Of a stretch of 64,000 nt of DNA, positions 52,733 to 64,000 are shown piece by piece. Within the stretch, counting starts at the first letter, position 1. Each line of letters starts with the position of its first letter. Origin of the DNA: Sphagnum compactum (lineage: Eukaryota); assembly GCA_965153455.1 (NCBI GenBank), contig OZ234494.1, forward strand, positions 1,612,001 through 1,676,000, read 5' to 3'. A model generated the notes under the pieces. It saw nothing but the letters and a program-made list of their open reading frames with translations, made no database searches and was not told the origin of the DNA. A program made the translations under genes and the position numbers.

Positions 52733-53843
52733 AAAGTGTAGCCTATGTTGTTGGCCTAAGTGTGAACACATTATTTATTTTTCACATTTTCAAAATAAAA
52801 AATTCCTAAATTCAGCAATGTGAACACATTGAAGGTCAACTAATTTTTCCTTCTAAACCCAATTTTTGCAATTGTTTTGAATTTCTAGCAACAAAACCCA
52901 CTCAAAAAGAATATCTTCCACACCTTATATTTGAAAATTGTGAAATAAATTTTACTAAATCTAACTCATTGAAAGTTTTCCAACAACACAATAACATTGC
53001 CAAATTCCAATACAATTTTCAGTTTTGATTTTATTTGGTTTTCATTGAAAAAATGGTTCAATAATCAACAAATTCCACACCATAGCTCCAAATAATTTGA
53101 AAACTTTTTGAAAATACCAAGAGCATAACATGAAGTGCCATGGTTTCGGAGATTTCAACCTGACAAACAAAAAAAGACAAGTTACCTTGTTGGGTGGGTG
53201 CAAGAATGAATGGACCAATGGCCTACAAGAAATTACCATTTTAAAAATCCAAAACAAGGGTATTTTTTGTGGGTTAAAGTGAATTACAAGGGTTTTCCAT
53301 TGGTTCCTTAGGCATTTTTTCCATTTAATCTACAGTCCATTTAGAGATCCCTTTTCTTAGCACATGTGCACAAGAATAATCCAAAAACCTTTTTTCGTAA
53401 TATTTATGGACTTTTGAAAGAACCTTATTTTTTAGCTTATTTAAAAGTCAATAGATAAAATCTTACAAATGCCATTGAATGCAAAAAACTTCAATCTTAA
53501 TTTTTTAAATATGTTATCTAACCAAAATCAAGTCCCTAACCAACATATCATAAATAATTGGACCATTTCAAAGTCCATATAAAAAATTATTGTCAACATT
53601 ATAGTTCATAATGTTCGGCTTTGAAATTAGTCCACATATCTTTTGCGTTTTTCTTGATTATGGAAATGTATTAAATGGAATAAATACATATTCAAGTTGG
53701 TATCCTTAAACTAAGTACCTATAAAAAAAATGAAATTTACTTATCAAATATGGTCATTAAAATGACAAGCACTTTGCATAATTTTTCAAAAAGTCCAAAA
53801 ATTGGTCTGTTCATTCTTGCACCCACCTTGCTTCATGGATAGA
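52733..53843 (-). mobile_element. Older Helitron related to 40711-41163, interrupted by a TIR element
   Basis: AGTGTAGCCTATGTTGTTGGCCTAAGTG and CTTCATGGATAGAT match the two ends of the 40711 copy. Internal blocks such as TTTCCAACAACAC also align. Confidence 0.7.
53193..53827. mobile_element. 635-bp TIR element (MITE-like)
   Basis: 27-bp TIRs GGTGGGTGCAAGAATGAATGGACCAAT and ATTGGTCTGTTCATTCTTGCACCCACC (2 mismatches), flanked by TTG on both sides. Confidence 0.85.
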
Positions 53844-56800
53844 TGCCCTTTTGAGTCCTTCAAAATAGATGTATTAATTTTCCTAACTATATATTTTCTT
53901 AAAGAATAAATAAACACATTAAGTAATGCAATGGACTTCAAAAACATTTGATGGATAAAGAATGCTTACATTTATATTGAACAATATTCATTGGATGCAT
54001 TTTCTTAAATTATAAATCATCCAAATGTTTTGAAATGTACATAATTCATTCCAAAAGGCTATAGGGAAAATGACTTTTTCTTTCTGGAATTTTTTTGGCT
54101 AGTTGTTTATATTCACAAGTTTACAATTTGTAGCCCCAAATGCACATGAGTAGGAAATAATTGTGCAAAAAAAAATTTAACTTGTCCAAAGAAGCTTATT
54201 TAATCATTTTTTGCATTTTTATTTTTTAACCAAAATATTGATGCATAAAAATTTATGCATGCATAAAAAGTCATCACCATCAAATTGATTATCATAGTTT
54301 GAATTATTCAATATTTTTCACTTAAATTTGTTTTGTGTAGACTCTACTTGTACAAATTAGTGGGAAATAAATCATGGAGTCATTATTCTTAAAAATTGGA
54401 CCCTAATCTTGAATGACCCCCCTTAAGTTCTAGATTTTACAAATCTAGAATAAAACATATTGACCCTACGATTCACCATGGTGAATTCAAGGTTTTGTCA
54501 AAATTTATAGTTTCAAAGGACTTGGTATTGAAATTAACTTGATCATTGATGTAAAGTGCAAAAAAACACCTAAATGGCATGAAGGATTGGCCATTGGATT
54601 ACTTAATTATGTATAGGTAATCTACATTACACCCACTTTTATTTCGACTTACATGCTAGAGATATTAACATGGACTAGATAGACATGAAGGGCATGTACA
54701 ATATGGTGGTTGAAGTTGTGGTGGCGATGCAAATGCAAATTTCAGATTTGGTAATTAATTGGATGGTTATGGTTGATAAATAATCAACAAGTTTGTCAAA
54801 ACATTAAATCTTATCGACATACAAGGTTAAATTGTGCACCATGTGCAAATTCAAGTTTCTTTATTTGAAAATATGTAGTTGTTGATGTTGACTTTGACCC
54901 TAAACCATGGCTTTTTATTCTTTGTAATGGCATGTCAATTTGTTTCCACATAAGGATCATTTCCATTTCAAGCACATTATAGGGATGTGAGTTACAATGG
55001 AATGGATATTTAAACATTTCAAAAAAAAAAAGATTTTGTAAACAAGTCTCAATGATTTGAATACTAATTGAAGCTTCAAATAGTATTTAAATCATTGAAA
55101 CTTGTCTAGAATAACCACTTTTGGTCTAATTAAAAACATTGATGGCTAGTTTCTCTTGTTTAGTTCATTGAATACATTTGATCATAGTATATTAAACCAT
55201 ATGAGGATTTGAATGCTACATGATTCCTTACCAAGGGTATATGGAAAAGGAATTTTCTTTGGCAAAACACATTTAAGAAAAACAATTCCAATTTTTTTTG
55301 GAAAAACATGTGTTGAAAAAAATCATTAAATTGGGTGAATGCATGGTATAGTAGCTCAAAAGCGATAAAAAATACACTCCTTATAGGTCCATACAAGATT
55401 CTTTAAAATGATTCAAATGGACATAGTTGTTACTTAAAAAAATATTACTGTTATAATATTTGAAAAATACATGTTCAATCACCTACAAACCTTCCCAAAT
55501 TTATGTGAAAACTAATGTTTAATCTAGCTGATGTCATTTTTTGATTTGAAAGTCCTAAAAGAGAAACCCATAAAGTCCAAAGGAATAATGCCCCATTCAA
55601 AACTTTCTAAAATATGCTTTTGGGACAAAAAATTTGAGAAACAAATGAAATTATAACTCATACAGACTTATGAAAATATGGTCAAATTTTAATCATTCAA
55701 AAGTCCCTAATTATTAAACGTTAAGCTTACAAAGAAAAGATTCTTCATATGAATTTATCATCTTGTATTACATTATATATTGAGTCCCAATAACAAATTT
55801 GGAATGTGAATCAATATAAAATTTTGTGATGTTCCAATTAGACGATTATTCCATATTTTTCAACTTCAAAAGTTCATTACTACTAACAAACGAATTTTTT
55901 TATCAATAAATAACCACACAATTCTTTTCATAATGAAGTTGTTAGTTTAGATCCAAGTCTCAATTAATATATCTAAGGATATATTAATCATTACAAGCAT
56001 TTGAATAAAAGGTGTTTAGGGGGGAAATGTCGTTTCGTCACAAAAGTGAGCCATTGTAGCTTGGATCTACCCAACTATACACATGTGAATAATCACCAAC
56101 ATCATATAATTATCTTATTTTGAATTATTCATATTTTTAATCTTAAATTTACCCCATTTAATTTAATTTTTTAATGGATAGTGGAAAAAACGTAATGTAA
56201 TTTTTAAGCTGGAAACTAGTACCCGTATGAATGCTTTTATACACATTACATAGTCATGATTGTCACAACATATGTCATTCATTGTGTCTTTTGTTTGCCA
56301 CTTGGGATGTGATATATTACAAATCCCAAATAGTGTGGGTGTTTTACAAATGTTGTGGTGTGATAGAAATCCTTGGATGTAATCTTAAGTGGATGATGTT
56401 GTCATTTCAACCACTGAAAGTTGAAGGACAATGCAACAAATTTTCGACAATTGAAGTTGATGGGGTGTTGTGGCATTCTGTTTTTGTAAGTGTTTCTTTA
56501 TATATAGGTTATGAGCATTGTGGTGTTTATGATCAAAAGCGCATGCTATGTGTGGTGTTCAAGTTGGGTGAACTTTGTGTGGTGCATTGTAGTTTGGAAG
56601 AAGTCTCATGTTTGACGTCACTAAAGGCAAAATGGGGTGGAAGTGATAAGAGGGAGGGCATTGATATTTGGATAGACATAACTAAATTTTTTTTTGGGAT
56701 TTGTAAGGTTTTGGAGGATTGAATTAAGAATTAGTTGTTTTAAGAAGCATGAATGCCAGATTGTGGAAACTGTAGGTCAATTTCTGTACCGAGGTCTTGA

Positions 56801-59123
56801 TTTTCTTCTATTGTGCCATGTACCTATTAGCAAAATACCCTATAGAGCCACAATATGGATCAATGATCAAGGGAATGATGAAGAACCTTAAGGATTTCAA
56901 GAGTAACCTTGGCAAATAAGTTTTTTTGTGTGTTCAATGTTTATGGGATGATGTGGTGTTTTTGTGATTTGGGAAGAGAGTACCCAACATATTGGGACTT
57001 CCGAACATATGTTTTGATTTCCACGTCAGGGAACATAAGTTGGGCATCATGAACATGTGGTAATGGACTACATTTGTAAACTTCCTGGGTTTTGTTTGGA
57101 AAACTTGAATTTGGCCATATCTACCTTGAAAATAAATCATTCATCAATTGAGGTTAGTGGGGTTTGAGCATCAATGGTCTCATCATTTGCCTTCTCAAAG
57201 ATAACATTCTATTGTTGTGTTTATTTAAATGTTACATTGGGGATGTAACCTTTTGTTGGGAATATTGTTTTGTTTTAGGTGTTAGGGAGAACTTCCCACT
57301 ACCAATGAGGTTAGTTGATGCTCAAGAAAGTGAAGTCGGAATGTTCTAACCCTCGTAGATTCATTGAATATAGTTTAATAAGACCAAAATTTGCTTTGTT
57401 TCTTTTTGTAAGAATTCCACTGTTGGTGGAATACCTTTGTGAAGTGATACAAATTAAGTGTGTAACTGATCTTTAGCATCAATTGTTTGTAAGGAATGAA
57501 TATGTGACAGGAATTGTTATAACCCCAATTTTTCATTATAGTGGCCCATATTACATCAACTTTACAACAACACAATTCAAGCATAATTGAATGTTATGAG
57601 ACATTACTTGAATATTCAAATTTTCATTATAAAGTTCATGCATTGATATGCTTATAAAAACAATGAAATTGATCTCAAAAGGTCAAAGATAAATGGTTGT
57701 GCCAATTAAATAGAAAAATCACAAACTTACTAATTGAAAGATTTGAACATTCAATGAGTTTACAATCTTTCAAAATTGTCAAAGCTATGACAATTAATAA
57801 TTTAATATTTTTCCACTTTCGTTTTCAGAAGGAACCAAAGAACTTGTATTCCTATCAATGTTTGGACCACTTTACATATAACAACCTCCTTGATTTTTTC
57901 AAAATTATAAATAATAGTTATCCCTTCCATAGATTTTTTTTGTTGTTGCAATGTAGATTCATTAGCTTGTAGCTATGTTTATTTGATGAACATCTCGACA
58001 TTCCTCACAATGTAACATATTTTTTCAAGTGGATTCATTTGCTTCCTTTGAAACAAGTACAAGACTATCAACTCTTCATTGCATTTTGTTTTGTTTTGTT
58101 AAGGTATTTCATGATCCAAAGGTGGGAGTATTTTGGTTGTGTGAATCATGACCTCTTATCAAGTGATGTTGAAGGAATTGGGCAACTTGATTGAAGAAAG
58201 TAGTCATGAAGATCTATCATTGTCCTTGAACCATGTTACCATAAGTTGTGGCCAATGTACATTGAAATTAGCAATATATGAAAATTGATCAAAATGTGAA
58301 AATATAATAACTATAAATTATGTCTTACTTATTTTTGACCATAAGTACAACAAGACATGCTTCTTGGGTTATATAGAAATATCTTCTCAATTTAAAAAGA
58401 ACTTCCCTTACAAAAACCACCATAACTAGCTTGAGAATTTGACCACATTTTTCACAAAAATGTATGACAAAGGTGTAAAATAAAATATTGGATCAAAATT
58501 GCAAAAAGGTACATGTTGGGAAAATTAAGGTATCGTGTGTCAATATAGTCTTTGATTAACTATACCATTCCATCAAACGATTAAACACCTCCTTTGCAAA
58601 GTTGAAAGGTAGCTTTGAATCTTGCTTGATCAAAATGAATTCAAATGGGTTAGAAAGGGCATTGGGTCATAGTGAAAACTACAACAATAGCAAATATGTT
58701 TACATTGCCATTTGAAAATCAAGGTAATCATGCCAAGACTTTGTACTAAATTATTAATATGAATTTGAAAAATTCAAGTTAAAAATATGTTTAATCCAAT
58801 TTTAACTTGTGGTTTGAATTAAAAACTTTTGAAATTGACAAATTGTTCTATTATTTAATGTCCATTTCGTACCTTCGGCCTTTTGAATTCCTTAATGCAA
58901 ACTTGTTGATGGTCAAAAACTTTGGGTGATAGGGAACTACAATTCACTCTTGAAAATTAGTCATTATTAAATATATATATTTTTTCAAGTTTTCAAATGT
59001 ACATTTGAAATTTCAATACATATGAATTTTAAAAATATTTTACCACATTTAAATAAAATACAATGTAAATGATGTACGAATCAAAGTTGTAGCTTAAATA
59101 AAATAGAGTGAACCATGATATAA

Positions 59124-59126
<3 letters not shown>

Positions 59127-59157
<31 letters not shown>
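59127..59157. repeat. (AT)n microsatellite
   Basis: About 15 AT units. A shorter run lies at about 9427-9447. Confidence 0.9.
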
Positions 59158-59160
<3 letters not shown>

Positions 59161-59676
59161 ATAATTTGAAAATTTGACCAATTTTCATATGAAATTGGTA
59201 TACATGTGCACTTTTTGAATGAATGTACTTTCAACACTCTTGCATTCTTGAACACTTTGTGCTCAAACATAACGTTTTCAATTTATGACCATCTATTCAT
59301 TGCTTGTGTAGTGGCCTCACAAGCACCACCACTAACTTGTTTACCATGATTTACATGTTTGATTGCTTGCAAAATAAAACATTCATGTAGGCTCCAATTC
59401 TCTTTCCACTAAACACAAATGGTGCAAGGAATTGTCATAACTTTATCTTTGTCATGTAATGACGCCACTTCCAAAAAATTGCTAGGAATCCATTTTTTGG
59501 ATCAAGGTCCATACTTCCTAAAGATGATCACAACAACACATTCTCTAGCAACTCACAATTCTTCAACGTAAGTATGGAAGCAACAAATTGTTTGGAATAG
59601 TCACTACTTGAACATGAAAATACAAGCTTTAGGGAACTCTTGATGTCCAACAAATTTGAAAACCTAACCTATCAAC

Positions 59677-59907
59677 AAGAAATAGGTCTCATATATAGGT
59701 AGATAGGTAAAAAACTAGGTAACTACTATGTAAGTAGATGGTTTATACATAGATAAGGGCTGTTTTTACTACCTACCTACTACCAACCTATCAACTGAAT
59801 TAACCACCATGGTTAGTTATGGAATTGGAACCCAACAGAAAACTGTTTCCTGACCACTTACCATCCATCCTTCATGGTAAGCTGGTGGGTGCTGGTTCAC
59901 TGTGGCC
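59677..59907. mobile_element. Right half of a Mutator-type MITE
   Basis: Aligns to 45165-45345 and 45465-45719; ends GGTGCTGGTTCACTGTGGCC. Left half not found. Confidence 0.8.
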
Positions 59908-61113
59908 CACATATAACTCCCATTTATTCATCTTGCTGTTGGTGGAACTGCTCACATGGAAACTGGCCCTGAGCAAAACTGATTAGGATTCATGGTTTAG
60001 GGTTTTCTCTCTCCGTTACACTTTGGTATGAAAATTAGTGAACACGACGAGATGCACCATACTGGGTAAGATCAAAAGCTTGCTTACTCAAGTAGGAGTA
60101 GACACGAACGGAATTTCAGTTGTGTCGTCAGCACCACCACCCACTTACACGACCGATTGATCAACCTTCTAAGTTCTGATTGTTATTCTCGAGCCGCGAG
60201 CTGCGCAGCATTCCTGAACTCAACTTCATAACTTGGTAAGCCGGGTTTGTAAGAAGACTGTAGGTGGGGGAGCATGCAGCTAGAGCCATCCTAGCCTCTA
60301 GCTACTCGGAAGTACTAATACTAGTAAGCAACTACTCTGGCCTGTCACAGTTCAATCTCATAACAGGGACGTTCCCGCCAGCAGCAACCAATAACAAAGC
60401 TAACTGGACACTGACTGTCTTGGAGCCTTTATGTAAAGTAGAAAGTCGTGTCATGTTTCGTATATAATCCGTTCAGCTAGCTACAAGCAGTGGCAGACAG
60501 ATCGGTTTCAGTGTTCCGACACCCCCCCCCCCTTTTTATGTTTTGCATGTCAAGGCCATTAGTAGTGCACTGGTTATGAAATTGGGAGTCTGGTGGAATC
60601 TCATGAGGTGGGAGGATATGTATCATTATGTGTAGGGGAAGGCACTGCTGTCTTTGCCTTCCTGTGAACCAAGGGCAGAAGGCACTGACAGGATTGCCTC
60701 CCCCCTTGTAACATCCAAGGACATCAACAGCAGACATTGATTGCCTTATGCAAATTTGTGTGCTGTCTTACACGAAATCTCCCTCTCCAGGCTTTTGCTG
60801 AAAGATTAACTTCGACTGATCGCTCTAGGCTCAAGCGAGAAATTCTGCCGGGTAATGTGCCCTCCAGATACATTGTGGCATTTCTCTGAAGTTGTTAGGT
60901 GTGTTGTAATCAACCTGACCCAATCTTGGACAAAGCAAAACTAAGTGCAGTCAGATTGCTGGCAGAGGCCACTGGAGTATATATTGTACCCTCAATGTCT
61001 GAGAGACACCGCCAGCAGCCTACCATATATAATTTTTGTATTGATAACTCTGGTGACTGCTTTAACCTTAATATTCAGGGTAGCTTGCTGCCCTCACAGA
61101 GCATGAGGAGAAG

Positions 61114-61190
61114 GGTTTCCAGTTGGGATTTGAACTCCCAACCATCTGGCTGTACAGCCTTACCCTTAGACACTAGAGTAGCTGAATGTC
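61114..61190 (-). other. tRNA-like cloverleaf relic (SINE head or pseudo-tRNA)
   Basis: Minus strand has stems TACTCT/AGGGTA, GGCT-GTAC-AGCC and GTTGGGA-GTTCAAA-TCCCAAC (B-box-like). No canonical 7-nt anticodon loop. Confidence 0.45.
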
Positions 61191-61199
61191 CTTGCACCT

Positions 61200-64000
61200 G
61201 GCCAGAGTGAACCAGCAGCCACCAATGCACCAGTTGGCCATTCTGTCCACTGGATGGGCTGCGTTTTGACATTAGATGGGGTTCATCACAGTCCATTTTT
61301 TTTTGTTGCTGACCACTATGCTTTTTCTTTTTTTGGTTTGTTCTCGGCTGTTTTTTCCCTGGACCTGACCTCACACACAGCTGCCCTCATAAGTACTGTA
61401 CCAACCTTGGTACCTTACTAATTATCCCCTAATGACATAACTACCTTAATAATTAGTTATCCTAATGACCTAACTACTATATTAACTACCTACCCTACTA
61501 ACCTACCTACCCTATTAACTACATACCCTACTGACTTAACTTCCCTACTGACCTAATTACATTACTATTTACTAGCCTTATATACAGAACCACCTTATTG
61601 ACATAAGTATTTTACAAACCTAGTCACCTTTTATAAGGTAACTTGTTTTCTACGTACTAACTTGCCTATCTACCTTGCTAGTGTAACTTGTTGCCTACCT
61701 ACTAACATGCCTACCTACATGCCTACCTACTCTAGTAACTTATCTACCTTGTTCCTTGAATTTTTTTTTAACTTACTAACTTGCATATTAATCCAACTAC
61801 CTACCTATGTACCTATTTACCTACCTATGCACCCACCTTCCTACCTATAGGCTTTTTACATAGCCAAAAACCTAACTAATTACCTACTCACTTTTCCCAC
61901 CCCTCCAATTGTCGCAACCCTAGCCTTGGCGTCGCGACCAAGGCAAGGGGTTGCAAGGTTGCGGGCCAAGAGGGGAACCCGGGAGTGCAAGAAAGTGTGA
62001 GGGAATAGACCCTCACACTCCCAAGGGAACTCTCACTTTGGGAGTTGTAGTCCCGATGGACTCCCGAATGTTTAAAGAGCGATTGCAAGAGGCAAAACTC
62101 AATGGATTGAAGAATTTTTTATATCATTGGAAAGCTATTGAAACGTAGATGTCTAAAATGGGCTTGCATGACTCATTTGGACATATAAAACACAACTTAT
62201 GGCCAAAAGAAAGGTTGGGAATCAAATTGTCAATTTGACTCCTAACCACTAAAAGTCGGGAATCGACTCGATTTCCTTGCGTGTAGGTGGTGTGCGACAT
62301 ACCTTTGGAAAGCTTTCGACGAAGGCTACAACTTTGCTTTTAACCTCATCTCAATCGGAGGTGTGCACGCAAAGTTATGGGCCCTCAAAGTCGCGGAAGT
62401 CCCAACTTTGACAATTTCGGGACTCCCACTTGGGAGTCCCAGGACAAAATGTCATTTGGATGTGGGCCTCATGTAGAGGCACAGAGTATACTATAAGGGG
62501 GGAAGGTGGTGGCTTCCTCCAAGTTCGGGTTGTGGTGACTCTTGTGAGTCCGAGTTACCCATGGCTCGTCCTAGCACCAAAAGTGCTCCAACTATGCACT
62601 AACCATTTTGTGTTGGTTTTGTGCAGGTCCGTGTGAGTAGTTGATGCTTGTCATTCTTCCTAGTCCCATCCCGAAGCTCCAGCACGCCCCCTTAGCCCTC
62701 CAAAGTGTTGGGAGCCAAGGAGCGTGCCTCGACTCCTTACTATTCCACTGTTTTTTGTTTGGACTCACATTTGAGTCCCTCAAGGAATTGGGAGCGCGTC
62801 ACCAACCCCCCAATCCTACCTACCTATCAATTTATTAAGGTTCGCCCTAGTTCATGGATGATGACATAGGTCCCCATATGTAGTTATTACAAACAATTTA
62901 TAGTGGAAACAATGTCATAATTGCAGCCATTTTGGTTTAGTTAATGCATATTTTACTAAATTTTGTTTACATAATTTATTTATGGAATGGACATTAGAAT
63001 ACATCTTTTCATGTAATTATTATAAGTATATATTATTGGATTATGGTTTCGGTTTAAGGTTGGGACACATAAATTAGTTAACAAGTTTTTCACAAATCTA
63101 TAGTAATTAACCTAAACTAGTCTAAATTTGGGGGGGGGGGATTTTAGGGTGTACACATATGTGAAGTAATACAATTTCATTATATATATTTTTCAAAGAG
63201 AGTGGGAAAAAATAGTTTGGAGAGATCGCACAAAAGTAAGAAACATATTTTTGTTTTTGGTTGTTACGAAATTTATTTGATTTTTTTAAAAAATTAAGGT
63301 TGTTTCTTCGGTCAGTAAATCTTTATAATTGAAAAGCTTTAAAATTTGGTTTTTTAAGTTTTTTCCTTTTTTTTTTTTTTTGCATTATATAATTTGTATA
63401 CTTTGTATTTTTTTTTGGGTTTAGGGCATATATCACTAGGACTTTTTTTTGTTAGGGTTGTAATAGGGCTTATGGCAAAATATCATTTGGATTTTTAGGG
63501 TTATGCCTTATGATTTAATGTGTAGGAATTTGGTTCATATATAATAAGGCTTAAGGTTTATACTCTAGACTTTGCTCATTGTATTGGTTTTTGATTTTAT
63601 CACTTATTTAGAACTATAACATAATTATGAATCTCCTTTGTTTCCATATGTTCCATAGTTCTTAAAGTTCAATATTTCCTAACCATTTTCGTTTAAATGC
63701 AATACCCATATCATATTGTGATAATTCATTAACCATGAAACATAAAAATATTTTTTAAATATTTGATACCCTGCCAATGCATCATGAAATTCATGTTTTC
63801 AAAATTATTTATTCATTTTATAGTATGATTTAACATATATAAAAATGAACATAATGCAAAATTGGTCACATTGACGATACAAGGGGTTAGGGTTTAATGT
63901 AAAATTTACTACTTAATGTTAAAATTATGGTTTAGGTTTAAAATTTAGAACATATAAATTAATTAACATTTTTTTACAAGTCTATAATAATTAAAATAAA
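61200..64000 (+). mobile_element. Left end of another large Mutator-like element, running off the window
   Basis: TIR GGCCAGAGTGAACCAGCAGCCACCAATGCACCA followed by the same CCTAC-rich tract as 24090-24330. AAAATTGGTCACATTGA at about 63858 matches 33982. Confidence 0.75.
61910..62801. mobile_element. Solo-LTR family copy nested in the MULE left arm
   Basis: TGTCGCAACCCTAGCC...GGGAGCGCGTCA, flanked by CCAAT and CCAAC (5-bp TSD with 1 mismatch). Confidence 0.9.

Noticed and set aside
56231-57350. Possible LINE or gene remnant (strand-biased, several short ORFs)
   Set aside because: No RT, endonuclease or other motif could be recognised by eye; it would need tBLASTx.

Overview
AT-rich eukaryotic (land-plant) intergenic DNA made mostly of decayed and nested transposable elements. 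The repeat families look like those I recall from peat moss (Sphagnum); that is an inference, not a database result. I found no intact host protein-coding gene. The clearest functional host locus is a MIR171 microRNA hairpin at about 42950-43058, with predicted mature 43026-43046 (UUGAGCCGCGUCAAUAUCACA), inside a GC-richer unique island. Structurally delimited elements: (1) a full-length but pseudogenised Ty1/copia LTR retrotransposon, 13433-20360, with 313-bp LTRs, AAAAC TSD, tRNA-iMet-type PBS and PPT, and an 822-bp solo-LTR inserted in its RT; (2) a 12.8-kb Mutator-like element, 23871-36688, with 9-bp TSD GGCTACCAA, carrying a decayed SWIM-type MULE transposase and a 5'-truncated CACTA element; (3) several short MITE-type relatives of that MULE, one nested in another; (4) a decayed hAT/ZNF862-like transposase (3184-5829, minus strand); (5) two non-autonomous Helitrons, one interrupted by a TIR element; (6) five copies of one TG...CA solo-LTR family. 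Tandem duplications, a 185-bp foldback and tRNA-like relics are also present. All coordinates were read by eye and may be off by a few bases.
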